A stretch of DNA of 64,000 bases from Acidimicrobiaceae bacterium (GTDB taxonomy: Bacteria; Actinomycetota; Acidimicrobiia; Acidimicrobiales; Ilumatobacteraceae): contig CANIHL010000001.1 in NCBI GenBank assembly GCA_947467375.1, positions 26,610 through 90,609 of the forward strand. Reading direction: 5' to 3'. The position numbers were made by a program, and so were the translations under genes. The notes under the pieces are model-generated. The model was not told the DNA's origin, ran no database searches, and saw only the letters and a list, made by a program, of their open reading frames with translations. This document shows positions 15,919 to 25,515 of the stretch, piece by piece (within the stretch, counting starts at the first letter, position 1; each line of letters begins with the position of its first letter).

Positions 15919-16063
15919 GAATCACGACGACACCGCCAGCTATTGCGGCGTACGTTGCAAGCGTTGACTTGTTTCGCTCGGTAGTTCCCTGAATATCGTC
16001 TTGAAGCGCCTTGAACTTTCCTTCAAGATCCGCGCGCGTAATCTTTGGATCTGCTTGAGTCAC
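15854..16063 (-). CDS. Small C-terminally membrane-anchored protein
   Basis: 69 aa. An N-terminal helical region is followed by the TM segment YAAIAGGVVVILAYAFG and a basic tail. GTGA overlap with the upstream gene. Confidence 0.5.
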   Translation of the reverse strand: MTQADPKITRADLEGKFKALQDDIQGTTERNKSTLATYAAIAGGVVVILAYAFGRRSGRKRRSVLEIRR

Positions 16064-16395
16064 AGCTTGTCTCCAGCGCTGTGCAGAAATGGTTTACGAA
16101 TTCGCGACTGCGAAAAGACAACGAGTGCGATAGTGAGGGCGAGCACGATGAAATACGGTGCCCAACTCATGGCGCTGGATCCATCAAACACCGTAGATTG
16201 CAAAAGTCTGAGAATGCCAACGAGAACGAACAGCAGGCCGAGAAGAATCGACACGCCGCCCAAAGCTCCCCACGCCAACCAGCGACCCGTCCCCCGCAAC
16301 TCGCCAATGGTTTCCTGCTTCGCATACGCGCGCACGAGGTCAATCAGTTCAGATATTGAAGACCCGGAATTGAACGAAAGCACCCTTACAGTCAA
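16060..16395 (-). CDS. Small two-TM membrane protein, actinobacterial holin-X/DUF1469-like
   Basis: 111 aa. An amphipathic N-terminus (LIDLVRAYAKQE) is followed by two TM helices. Confidence 0.45.
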   Translation of the reverse strand: MTVRVLSFNSGSSISELIDLVRAYAKQETIGELRGTGRWLAWGALGGVSILLGLLFVLVGILRLLQSTVFDGSSAMSWAPYFIVLALTIALVVFSQSRIRKPFLHSAGDKL

Positions 16396-16407
16396 TCAGC
16401 GCTTGGG

Positions 16408-17862
16408 CTAATTCGGTGCTATCTCACTTGCTGAAGGGCTTCCAGAGAACCCGCCTAGGGCGTCTGAAAGCGCATTCCATATGGGCCTGTACGTCGTTTG
16501 GTTGGACGAATTTGCTCCATTGATAATCAGCGAAAACGACGACGCCTGATCTGCCGAAAAAGGAACAAATCCACTCAGCGCTTTGGCTCCCGTCAACGTC
16601 CCAGTCTTTCCCCGCAGCTTGCCGGCTCCAAGCGTGTCACCAAGAACATCGCGAAGCGTTCCGGTTTGGCTGGCTGTTGCCAGGCCAACTCCGACTGGAC
16701 CGAAGCCTCCATCCCGAGCGAGCAACGTGATCAACGTATTGCACGTAAGACGATTGCCACGATCAAGTCCAGAACCATCGACGAACTGCAGAACGTCAAG
16801 AGGAATTCCCCATTCCACGAGTTTTGCCTTGATCACTTCTAAACCCGCTTCACGAGTTCCAGTTCCAGAAGTTGCGAAGCCAAGTTCTTTAACTAATAGT
16901 TCAGCAGTGTTGTTATCGCTATTGGTCAACATCTCAGCGACGATGTCTGACAGCGGAAGTGAGTCAATCTTCACAATTACTGGTAAATCTTGTGGCGCAG
17001 TTCCAACCTTTGGACCACCAGTGACGGCGATTCCATTGTTTTGCAACGTGTTCGTGAATTCAGTTACTGCTCCTAAAGCGGGATTGTCTGGTTTGATTGG
17101 ATTCCCTGAAACCACGCCGTCATTCACCATCAACGCACCAAGTGGTCCAACTTCAGTGCCCTTGATTCCAAGTCCGAGAGTTGGACTGAATCGCTCAGCG
17201 TCATATCTGGACTCATCGCCAACTATGGAACCGGCAATTCTTGTGATGCCTTTCGATGCGAGCGCGTCAAACAAATTTTCCAATCTCGTGAAATTGAACG
17301 ATGGGTATGGCTCTGTAGCGGGATAGTTACCGGTCACCAGTAGCGGGTCGCCTCCCCCAATGAGGTACGCATCACCGTCGATTGAATTTCCATTTGCTTG
17401 ACCGACGAGAGAAGTACTGAACACAAATTCAGGCTTCAGCACATCGAGAGCAACCATGGCAACAACTAATTTCATGTTGCTTGCTGGCAGCAGGGGCATG
17501 TCTGGATTTACGTTGACAATGCGGGTGCCTTCAATTTCAATTGCGAGACAAGATTCAGCAGGAAGCCTGTTGCTTAATGCAGTGAGCTGAGTTCGAAGTG
17601 ATCGAAAACGAACATCGTGTGACAGCGTTTGTGGTGTACGTCGTGCATTGATGATTGGAGCTGACAATGATTGCAATTCCGCACTACTTGCAATTGGAGT
17701 AACAGCCTGAGCAACACCGTGGACAAACTTCCAGGAAATTCCAAGCGTGAGTGCACCAAACAGCGTTACCGACGCAAGCAGAGAGCCAACTACACGAACA
17801 GATCCGACGCGAACCTTCTTACGTGCTCGTTGAATACTGTTCGAATCGTCTACGAGATTCAT
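16408..17862 (-). CDS. dacB: D-alanyl-D-alanine carboxypeptidase/endopeptidase (PBP4, peptidase S13)
   Basis: SxxK motif in LLPASNMKLV and a family-typical C-terminus. I place the start at ATG 17862 (MNLVDD...) because it forms an ATGA overlap with the upstream stop. The track start at 17940 would overlap by 82 nt. Confidence 0.85.
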   Translation of the reverse strand: MNLVDDSNSIQRARKKVRVGSVRVVGSLLASVTLFGALTLGISWKFVHGVAQAVTPIASSAELQSLSAPIINARRTPQTLSHDVRFRSLRTQLTALSNRLPAESCLAIEIEGTRIVNVNPDMPLLPASNMKLVVAMVALDVLKPEFVFSTSLVGQANGNSIDGDAYLIGGGDPLLVTGNYPATEPYPSFNFTRLENLFDALASKGITRIAGSIVGDESRYDAERFSPTLGLGIKGTEVGPLGALMVNDGVVSGNPIKPDNPALGAVTEFTNTLQNNGIAVTGGPKVGTAPQDLPVIVKIDSLPLSDIVAEMLTNSDNNTAELLVKELGFATSGTGTREAGLEVIKAKLVEWGIPLDVLQFVDGSGLDRGNRLTCNTLITLLARDGGFGPVGVGLATASQTGTLRDVLGDTLGAGKLRGKTGTLTGAKALSGFVPFSADQASSFSLIINGANSSNQTTYRPIWNALSDALGGFSGSPSASEIAPN

Positions 17863-20030
17863 TGTGCAATACCGCGGTACCGTGCGTACTCGTAGAGATG
17901 AGCAAGGCTTGTCGCCGCGCGCGCTCCAGTCGGATAGCAATACGCACCGGAATCACGTACCGACGCAGGACCAGAATTCTTCGGGTCAGTAACTGCGAGT
18001 TCAGTCGCAATAAGAATTGGCTTGCCGTGTTTACGTGAAACTTCCCGAGCAGTAATCGCATACCGTTCATCCTGCTTTTCGTGATACGCAACTATTCGTT
18101 CCAAGCCGTGATCAGGGTAATAAGTACCTGCCCTCATCATTTTTGCTTGGTTACTTTGAATTCCTATCCCGAGGAAGATGACTGCGTCTATTGATTCATG
18201 ACCAGCGACGATGTCCATAATTTCCGTCACCGTGTCGCGAGTTTCCCCGCCAGCGCAGTCGATTGGATTGTTACGGCTCCAACGAGGTGGAAGAAGTGCC
18301 GAAAGCTGTGACATCAGATCGTCAGAAAGGTCAACGAGGTCGAGAACTCCATCACGGGCAATTGCATCTGCTGTTACCACTCCCCAGCCACCAACGGTCG
18401 TCAAAACTGCAACTCGGTTTCCGCGGGGCAAAGGTTGAGTTGCAAATGTTGCCGCTGAATCGAATGCTTCTTCAACGGACGAAACTTTGATTGCCCCTGC
18501 AGAGCGGGTTGCTCCGAGGAATACGCGATCGTTGCTCGCCATCGCACCGGTGTGGCTTTGCGCAGCTTTAGAACCAGCGGCTGTTGCACCACCCTTTAAA
18601 ACAACGAGCGGCTTCACCGCAGTGATGTGTTTCATTGCTTGAAGCAGCGATTCACCGTTGCCGACATTTTCTATGTAAGTGAGCGCAACTTTCGTTTCGT
18701 CATCGCCTGCGAAATAGTGCAAAAAGTTTTCAACACTGACTTGTGTTGCGTTGCCGGCAGAAATAGCCCTCGCTATGCCAACTCCAGATTGTTGTGAGTA
18801 ATTCAAAAAGCTCGACACAAAGTTCCCACTTTGCGACGCAACAGAGATACCGCCAGATGGAGGGTATGGAGCGACAATCTGCAGACATAACGATGATGGT
18901 GTGCTCACCACTCCCTGACCATTAGGACCGGCGATAAGCATTTCGAGAGAGTTCGCTAGCTCGAGTAACGAAGCCTCAGCCGTCTCCCCTGCTTCTCCCG
19001 ATTCTCGATACCCAGCACTGGCTATGAAGGCACTTCGTATTCCAAGTTGCGCGCATTGTTTCAGTAATGCTTCGTTCGAACTTGCTGGTGTGCAGAAAAA
19101 GGCGAGGTCAATCTCTCCAGGTGGCAATTCAGAGAGATCTGCAACGGTCTGGACACCCAAGATGTTTTCGCGTTGCAAATTTGTCGCAAAAACCTTGCCA
19201 GCGAAGTTATTCACAAGAGCATTGTGGAGAGAAACGAAACCAAATTTGCCGGGGTGGCTAGAGGCACCGATCACGACAATGGCGCGTGGGTTAAACAATG
19301 CATTGAAATGTTCTTGAGAAGGTGCGAACGAGTGACTTTTTCCATTCAAGGGGTCACTCTGCGTTCTACCGTTTTCGATGAGTGCGTCAACTGCAACGAG
19401 CGATCCGTCACTGCGAGCAATCAGCGGGTTGATGTCAAGGGATTCGATTTCAGGATGCGCCGCACAAACCTGGCCCATGCTGGTCAACACCGTTGCTAAC
19501 TGTGTTCGGTTAATGGGTTGGGAGCCACGAAACGCACCGAGTATCGATTGATGGTGCACTTCATCGATCATCTGCATTGCTTGCTCGAACGTCATAGGAA
19601 GTGGTCGAAGCACAACATCATCAATTGCCTCGGCGAAGATGCCTCCTATGCCAAGAGCAACCATGTATCCGAACTGCGGGTCATTGATAACACCGATGAT
19701 CAGTTCTCGATCGCCCTTCACCATTTCCGCAACGAGAAACGAAACGTCGCCATCATGTTCCGTGACAAGTGCCATGAGGTCGCCACAGGCTTGGTCAGCT
19801 TTTGTGGCATCAGTAATATTCAGACGAACAAGACCGCGCTCAGTCTTGTGAGCAATGTGGTCTCCAGAAAGCTTGATGACAACTGGATATCCAATGGCAT
19901 TGGCCGCCTCTATCGCCTGAGCGATAGATGAACACACTGTCTCCTGAGCGAACGGAACACCAAACGGCAAAAGCAGTTGTTTCGAAGCGGCTTCAGAGAG
20001 AGTCGACTGGTTTGCCACAGGCTCAAACAT
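17859..20030 (-). CDS. ADP-forming acyl-CoA synthetase (acetate--CoA ligase family), fused beta-alpha order
   Basis: 723 aa. An N-terminal ATP-grasp domain (GYPVVIKL...LDINPL) is followed by CoA-binding (IVVIGASSHPGKFG) and CoA-ligase domains with the phospho-His motif QSHTGAMAS. Confidence 0.8.
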   Translation of the reverse strand: MFEPVANQSTLSEAASKQLLLPFGVPFAQETVCSSIAQAIEAANAIGYPVVIKLSGDHIAHKTERGLVRLNITDATKADQACGDLMALVTEHDGDVSFLVAEMVKGDRELIIGVINDPQFGYMVALGIGGIFAEAIDDVVLRPLPMTFEQAMQMIDEVHHQSILGAFRGSQPINRTQLATVLTSMGQVCAAHPEIESLDINPLIARSDGSLVAVDALIENGRTQSDPLNGKSHSFAPSQEHFNALFNPRAIVVIGASSHPGKFGFVSLHNALVNNFAGKVFATNLQRENILGVQTVADLSELPPGEIDLAFFCTPASSNEALLKQCAQLGIRSAFIASAGYRESGEAGETAEASLLELANSLEMLIAGPNGQGVVSTPSSLCLQIVAPYPPSGGISVASQSGNFVSSFLNYSQQSGVGIARAISAGNATQVSVENFLHYFAGDDETKVALTYIENVGNGESLLQAMKHITAVKPLVVLKGGATAAGSKAAQSHTGAMASNDRVFLGATRSAGAIKVSSVEEAFDSAATFATQPLPRGNRVAVLTTVGGWGVVTADAIARDGVLDLVDLSDDLMSQLSALLPPRWSRNNPIDCAGGETRDTVTEIMDIVAGHESIDAVIFLGIGIQSNQAKMMRAGTYYPDHGLERIVAYHEKQDERYAITAREVSRKHGKPILIATELAVTDPKNSGPASVRDSGAYCYPTGARAATSLAHLYEYARYRGIAQ

Positions 20031-20040
20031 TAGTTGACCG

Positions 20041-20463
20041 ATGCGTAGGCACTACCCTTGTCCCGTGCACATCGTGTCAACAGTGTTCATTGAGTCCTTC
20101 GAAATGAGGCAGGCACCTGGTCCGTCTTCACGGATCGATATCACCGGAATTTATTTCTCCCTTGCCGCTCCCTCGCTTCCTCCAGTCACGGTTGATCCCC
20201 ATCTCATGGCGTTGATCTTTTGTCCGCTTGGCGAACCCGGAAATGGTGTCTTCGAGGTGGTCTTCCGAAAAGGTATTGACGAAGAATCAGAACAATTGGC
20301 TCGCAATGTAAGTCCATTCACCGTGGAGCCTGGCAAATTTACGTACCGACTTGTTCGCGGGGAAATTGAGCTCCAAGAACTAGGGCAAATATTTGCCCAC
20401 TGTCGCGTTGACCATGGCGATTGGTCCATTGTTCCGCTCACATTGTTGCCTCCGGTTGCGTAA
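20041..20463 (+). CDS. Hypothetical protein (start uncertain: 20041 or ATG 20104)
   Basis: 140-aa ORF filling the gap before tkt. No family recognised. Confidence 0.35.
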   Translation: MRRHYPCPVHIVSTVFIESFEMRQAPGPSSRIDITGIYFSLAAPSLPPVTVDPHLMALIFCPLGEPGNGVFEVVFRKGIDEESEQLARNVSPFTVEPGKFTYRLVRGEIELQELGQIFAHCRVDHGDWSIVPLTLLPPVA

Positions 20464-20470
20464 TCGGAAC

Positions 20471-20476
20471 TACAGT
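20471..20476 (+). promoter_or_regulatory. -10-like hexamer TACAGT, 6 nt before GTG 20483
   Basis: TANNNT + CGCGCC + GTG. Confidence 0.4.
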
Positions 20477-20482
20477 CGCGCC

Positions 20483-22453
20483 GTGACTTCTTCTGCATCA
20501 TTAACTCCAGAAATAGACGCTCAGGCCATTGCCCTGATACGTGGATTGGCCATGGATGCCCCGCTTTATGCAAAGAGCGGCCACCAAGGAACAGCGATGG
20601 CATTGGCACCACTTGCACACGTGCTGTACAGCAGGGTGTTGCGCCATGCGCCTCAGCAATCTCAGTGGAGAAATCGCGATCGCTTCATTCTGTCGAACGG
20701 TCACGCCTCAATATTGCAATACGCGATGTTGTTCCTCAATGGTTACGGACTCGAAATCGACGACATCAAAGCATTCCGCCAATGGGACTCACAGACGCCT
20801 GGACACCCAGAGGTTGGACACACAAATGGTGTTGAAGTAACCACAGGTCCATTGGGACAAGGTTTCGCCAATGCAGTGGGCATGGCTATTGCCGAGCGCA
20901 ACCTTCGCGAACGTTTTGGCCAAGACCTCATGGACCACCACACCTTCGTGCTTGCAGGCGATGGATGCTTCATGGAAGGAATTAGTCATGAAGCGGCTTC
21001 ACTCGCGGGTCACCTTGGTCTTGATCGGTTGGTCTGTGTTTTTGATGACAACGGAATAACTATTGACGGCAGTACATCGCTCACATGTTCAGACGATGTT
21101 GCGAAACGGTTCGCAAGTTATGGCTGGAACGTGATTCAGGGTGGAGAAATTGGCGAGGACCTTGACGCATTAGAGGCAATGCTGACGTCTGCACGCAAAC
21201 ACACAGGTCAGCCAACGCTGTGCATTCTGAAAACTCACATTGGGTATCCGTCGCCAGATTTCACTGACGCACATGAAGCCCATGGAAACCCATTTACCGC
21301 AGAACATGTGTCTAAGACGAAGGCGCACATGGGAATTCCTGACGATCCATTCTGGGCTCCGAACGACGTCGTGTCCCAGTGTCGTGCGCATGCTGCAAAC
21401 AAAGGTGCCGCTCTGCTCAGCGAATACGACAGCGCTACTGCACACGCTGAAGGCAAACACGGCTTCGATCAGTGCTGGTCAGAACCTCAAGGAGGCGCAG
21501 TAGCTGATTTGATGCCATCGTTCGCTCAAGATTCGACTCTTGCCACCCGGCAAGCAATTCAGCAATGCATCGAAGCAAGTGCTTCTGTCCTTCCTGGATT
21601 ACTCATCGGATCAGCCGACCTCACGGGAAATACCGGTGTAAAGGTGAAGTCAGTCGGCGCGCAATCGAAGCATCTTCCAACTGGTCAACAGGTGTATTTC
21701 GGAATTCGCGAACATGCAATGGGTGCGGCAATGGTTGGCATGGCTCTGCATGGTGGAACCATTCCTGTTGGCGGAACGTTTTTCGTGTTCGCCGATTACA
21801 TGCGACCAGCGATTCGACTCGCTGCGCTCTGCAAAGCCCGCGTCATTTTCGTGTTTACTCACGACTCAGTAGGCGTCGGCGAGGATGGACCGACGCACCA
21901 ACCGATCGAACATCTCGCGAGTCTTCGCGTGATTCCAGGTCTGCAGGTCATTCGACCTGCAGATTCAAACGAAACAAAGGTTGCTTGGGAGTGCGCACTC
22001 ACCTATCCGGGTCCAACTGCACTTGTGCTGAGTCGCCAGTCATTGCCAATCACCACCGATGGCGATGCAGTTCGCTATGGAGCAGAGATCGTCGTCGAGT
22101 CTGAGAAGGCACAAATTGTCTTGGTCGGAACGGGCAGCGAGGTTTCTGTCTGTGTCGATGCTGCAAAACTATTAAAGGATTCCGGGGTGGAAGCAAGCGT
22201 CGTTTCAATGCCATCTTTCGATCGATTCGAGATGCAACCTTCTCAGTATCGCGATTCTGTTTTTCCAGCCAATATTCCCGTCCTATCTGTGGAGGCTGGC
22301 GTGACATTTGGTTGGTCGCAGTATGCCGATGCAAGTGTTGGCATCGATCGATTTGGAGCGAGTGCACCAGGATCAACCGTGATGAGCAAGCTTGGAATTT
22401 CAGTTCAAAATGTTGTGGAGCGAGCCCAAGAACTGATGAATAGGTCGAAGTAG
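20483..22453 (+). CDS. tkt: Transketolase
   Basis: SGHQGTAMALAP, GDGCFMEGISHEA and HDSVGVGEDGPTHQP motifs. In-frame GTG 20483 is chosen over track start 20393, which overlaps the upstream ORF. Confidence 0.9.
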   Translation: MTSSASLTPEIDAQAIALIRGLAMDAPLYAKSGHQGTAMALAPLAHVLYSRVLRHAPQQSQWRNRDRFILSNGHASILQYAMLFLNGYGLEIDDIKAFRQWDSQTPGHPEVGHTNGVEVTTGPLGQGFANAVGMAIAERNLRERFGQDLMDHHTFVLAGDGCFMEGISHEAASLAGHLGLDRLVCVFDDNGITIDGSTSLTCSDDVAKRFASYGWNVIQGGEIGEDLDALEAMLTSARKHTGQPTLCILKTHIGYPSPDFTDAHEAHGNPFTAEHVSKTKAHMGIPDDPFWAPNDVVSQCRAHAANKGAALLSEYDSATAHAEGKHGFDQCWSEPQGGAVADLMPSFAQDSTLATRQAIQQCIEASASVLPGLLIGSADLTGNTGVKVKSVGAQSKHLPTGQQVYFGIREHAMGAAMVGMALHGGTIPVGGTFFVFADYMRPAIRLAALCKARVIFVFTHDSVGVGEDGPTHQPIEHLASLRVIPGLQVIRPADSNETKVAWECALTYPGPTALVLSRQSLPITTDGDAVRYGAEIVVESEKAQIVLVGTGSEVSVCVDAAKLLKDSGVEASVVSMPSFDRFEMQPSQYRDSVFPANIPVLSVEAGVTFGWSQYADASVGIDRFGASAPGSTVMSKLGISVQNVVERAQELMNRSK

Positions 22454-22457
22454 TTTC

Positions 22458-23558
22458 ATGCCGAGCAATCGCCTCTCTGAATTATTTGAAATTGCTGGTC
22501 AGAGCCCATGGCTCGACAACTTGAAGCGGGAGTACATCGTTAATGGAGACTTTGAACGAGTGCTCGCTTCTGGCATTCGGGGTTTAACCTCGAACCCAAC
22601 AATTTTTCAGAAAGCAATTCAAGGGTCAGCCTTGTACGACGAACAATTTGACCAGTCAACACAGCGCGGGCTTTCCACTGAAGATACCTATTGGGAACTT
22701 GTTATTTCAGACATAGTCGGTGCCCTTGACATTTTTGGCCCTCTGTACGTTTCGTCTTCTGGACTAGATGGCTTTGTCAGCGTCGAAGTTTCGCCGGAGC
22801 TCGCCCATGACATGGCCGGAACAGTCACTGCAGCCCAAGAACTCCATGATCGGATCTCTCGATCCAATGTGATGATCAAGGTGCCAGCAACACAAGCGTG
22901 CATTCCTGCAATTGAGGAAATTATTAGCCGAGGAATCAACGTCAACGTCACACTTATTTTCGGACTAGATCGATATCAACAAGTGATGGATGCATATATT
23001 CGTGGCCTGCAGAAACTTGCTCAGAACAATCCATCCAAAGTTCAAGATGTCGCTTCAGTAGCGAGTTTTTTCATCTCAAGAGTTGATTCGGAGATCGATA
23101 AGCGACTCGACGGTATTGGAAGCGACGAAGCTCTGCAACTGCGTGGCAAGGCTGCCATTGCACAGGCAAAGGTTGCCTACGCGATGTTTGAAAAGACGTT
23201 CAGTGGCGATGCGTGGAGATCACTCGCAAAACTTGGCGCACAGGTGCAAAGGCCACTGTGGGCATCTACCAGCACAAAGAATCCTGCGTATCCAGACACC
23301 ATGTATGTCGATGAGCTCATTGGCGCGCACTCTGTCAACACTCTTCCCGATGCAACGATGGAAGCATTCAGCGATCATGGATCAATTGCCGAAACCGTTA
23401 CCAATGATGTCGACGGCGCACGCAATATCCTGCGTGCCCTGCAGCATGTGGGTATCGATATGACGGCGATTGCGGATCAACTGGAACATGAAGGCGTTGT
23501 GTCCTTCCAGCAAAGTTTCAATGACTTGCTTGCGGTTCTTGAAGCCAAGAGAAAATAG
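22458..23558 (+). CDS. tal: Transaldolase (long actinobacterial type)
   Basis: 366 aa with QSPWLDNL, TSNPTIF and a VMIKVPAT Schiff-base Lys region. Lies directly after tkt. Confidence 0.9.
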   Translation: MPSNRLSELFEIAGQSPWLDNLKREYIVNGDFERVLASGIRGLTSNPTIFQKAIQGSALYDEQFDQSTQRGLSTEDTYWELVISDIVGALDIFGPLYVSSSGLDGFVSVEVSPELAHDMAGTVTAAQELHDRISRSNVMIKVPATQACIPAIEEIISRGINVNVTLIFGLDRYQQVMDAYIRGLQKLAQNNPSKVQDVASVASFFISRVDSEIDKRLDGIGSDEALQLRGKAAIAQAKVAYAMFEKTFSGDAWRSLAKLGAQVQRPLWASTSTKNPAYPDTMYVDELIGAHSVNTLPDATMEAFSDHGSIAETVTNDVDGARNILRALQHVGIDMTAIADQLEHEGVVSFQQSFNDLLAVLEAKRK

Positions 23559-23564
23559 CAATCA

Positions 23565-24578
23565 ATGTCGGTTGGCTCCCTCGAGCAAGCAGTTGCGGAT
23601 TTAGTTTCAGAGTTCGGTGGCAATCACGATTCCGACTACGTAACCCACATGATCACCACAGCCTTAGGACTCGGAACTGACAGCACCTCAACCCTCGACC
23701 TCAAGATCGCATCATCTGCTTTGAAGGAAATGCGCGAGGCATTTGCCATGTTCGATCCGTATGCAGATCGCAAAAAGGTGACCATCTTCGGGTCAGCTCG
23801 TACAAAAAAGGACGATCCGCTCTATTTGCACACTCAAAACGTTGCGGCCGAACTAGCCGCACAAGGATGGATGGTAGTTACGGGAGCTGGACCCGGAATT
23901 ATGGAAGCTGGAATGGTTGGTGCAGGTCGAGACCAATCCATTGGTGTGTCTATCCGATTGCCATTTGAGGCAAGCGCTAATCCGATCATCGCTGGTGACG
24001 GAAAATTTGTGGAAATGCGGTATTTCTTCACGCGCAAGTTGATGCTGATGAAAGATTCTCAGGCGTTCATCTGTATGCCTGGAGGATTTGGCACGTTGGA
24101 CGAAACGTTCGAATTACTCACCTTGATGCAGACAGGTCGTGGTGCAATCGCGCCAACAGTATTGCTCGATCTTCCGGGAGATCATTTTTGGCGCACAATG
24201 GATGAATTTGTGCGAGCCCAACTTTTGCCTCGCGGTCTGATTTCGGCATCAGATCTTTCGTTGTATCGGGTTTGTGAAACAACGTCTAGCGCGGTGCAGG
24301 AAATTGTTGACTTCTATAAGGTCTTTCATTCCATTCGGTTTGTTGGTAAATCCCTCATCATTCGTATGCAACGACAGATCAGCGGTGCTGATCTTGAGGC
24401 GCTCAATGCGGACTTTGGGCACTTGTGCAAGCAGGGAAAATTCGAGTTTTGTGAAGCAACCCCACAAGAAATTCAAAACAACGACAACCTGGATAAGGCT
24501 CGCTTGAGGTTTGATTTCGTGCGCAACGACCTCGGCGGTCTACGCGATGTGATTAACCGAATTAATCAAGCCGGCTGA
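23565..24578 (+). CDS. LOG/TIGR00730-family Rossmann protein with C-terminal extension
   Basis: 337 aa with VTIFGSAR, TGAGPGIMEAG and MPGGFGTLDETFE motifs, plus ~100 extra C-terminal residues. Confidence 0.8.
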   Translation: MSVGSLEQAVADLVSEFGGNHDSDYVTHMITTALGLGTDSTSTLDLKIASSALKEMREAFAMFDPYADRKKVTIFGSARTKKDDPLYLHTQNVAAELAAQGWMVVTGAGPGIMEAGMVGAGRDQSIGVSIRLPFEASANPIIAGDGKFVEMRYFFTRKLMLMKDSQAFICMPGGFGTLDETFELLTLMQTGRGAIAPTVLLDLPGDHFWRTMDEFVRAQLLPRGLISASDLSLYRVCETTSSAVQEIVDFYKVFHSIRFVGKSLIIRMQRQISGADLEALNADFGHLCKQGKFEFCEATPQEIQNNDNLDKARLRFDFVRNDLGGLRDVINRINQAG

Positions 24579-24750
24579 GAACGCCAATTGCCTTCTCGAT
24601 TGCCCTGCGGGCTTGCGTGAGTTGCCGTTCTATCTCGGGACGCTTGGCCTCGCCTGCTCGGTGAGCCTCTTTGAGGGCGTCGAGAGCCTTGTCGGCTAGG
24701 TCTTCAGAGACGCTTTGTAGGTTGCTTACAATTTCTTCCACGGATGCCAC
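24562..24750 (-). CDS. Small helical hypothetical protein
   Basis: 62-aa ORF with GTG start. TACAGT lies 6 nt upstream. The ORF converges on and overlaps the LOG gene by 17 nt. Confidence 0.45.
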   Translation of the reverse strand: MASVEEIVSNLQSVSEDLADKALDALKEAHRAGEAKRPEIERQLTQARRAIEKAIGVLSRLD

Positions 24751-24756
24751 ATAGAA

Positions 24757-24762
24757 ACTGTA
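24757..24762 (-). promoter_or_regulatory. -10-like hexamer TACAGT, 6 nt before GTG 24750
   Basis: TANNNT + TTCTAT + GTG on minus strand. Confidence 0.35.
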
Positions 24763-24783
24763 CTTCGTCTATCGTTATCGCTC

Positions 24784-25515
24784 GTGCCAAAGCCTAAAGA
24801 CCTCCATGAATATGTCAGCTTCTCTGATCCGAATTCCGATCAGACCTGGATGATTGACGCCACTTACCTCAAATCAAACTGGACATGCATTTATGGCTCA
24901 GGTTGCAAGGGTGTGCTGGACGATGATGCGACGAAATTGCAGCACGGTTGCTGCAGCTACGGAGCTCACTTCATCGACAAGAAAGACCTCGCATCGGTTA
25001 AACGATCAGTTGCACGTTTGAAGCCAGAGCAATGGCAGAACATGGATCGCGGCAAGAACGGTAAGTGGCTTGGCAAAGAGCGCGATGGCGCCGACGTCAC
25101 GCGCAAAGTTAACGGTGTATGCATCTTCCACAACGATGCGACTTTCGAAGGTGGACTCGGCTGTGCCTTTCATATCGCAGCACTCGAAGCTGGAGAACGT
25201 CCGATGGACTGGAAGCCAGATGTGTGTTGGCAAGTTCCTCTACGACTCGAAGAATTCACTGAAGATGACGGGCACGTTGTGTCGTTCGTTCGCGAATGGA
25301 AACGTCGTGACTGGGGCGAAGGCGGACATGACTTCCATTGGTGGTGCACCGATGACTCGAAGGCATTCGTCGGGAAAAACCCGGTATTCGAATACCTCAA
25401 AGATGAACTAACGGAACTCGTTGGTCCAGTCATCTACAAGATGATCGTGGAAACACTCTCCCGCGATAATTCGGTTGCAGTTGCGCATCCGAAGATGAAA
25501 AAAGCGAAGAGTTAG
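24784..25515 (+). CDS. Conserved-looking Cys/His-rich hypothetical protein
   Basis: 243 aa. Clusters WTCIYGSGCKGV...HGCCSYGAHF, GVCIFHND...GCAFH, DVCW and HWWC suggest metal or Fe-S binding. Family not recognised. Confidence 0.6.
   Translation: MPKPKDLHEYVSFSDPNSDQTWMIDATYLKSNWTCIYGSGCKGVLDDDATKLQHGCCSYGAHFIDKKDLASVKRSVARLKPEQWQNMDRGKNGKWLGKERDGADVTRKVNGVCIFHNDATFEGGLGCAFHIAALEAGERPMDWKPDVCWQVPLRLEEFTEDDGHVVSFVREWKRRDWGEGGHDFHWWCTDDSKAFVGKNPVFEYLKDELTELVGPVIYKMIVETLSRDNSVAVAHPKMKKAKS

Noticed and set aside
17863-17940. 26-codon N-terminal extension of dacB
   Set aside because: It would overlap the acyl-CoA synthetase gene by 82 nt. ATG 17862 forms a classic ATGA coupling junction and is followed by a signal/TM segment.
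20393-20482. N-terminal 30-codon extension of the transketolase ORF
   Set aside because: It overlaps the upstream ORF and has no homology to Tkt N-termini. In-frame GTG 20483 is preceded by TACAGT at leaderless spacing.
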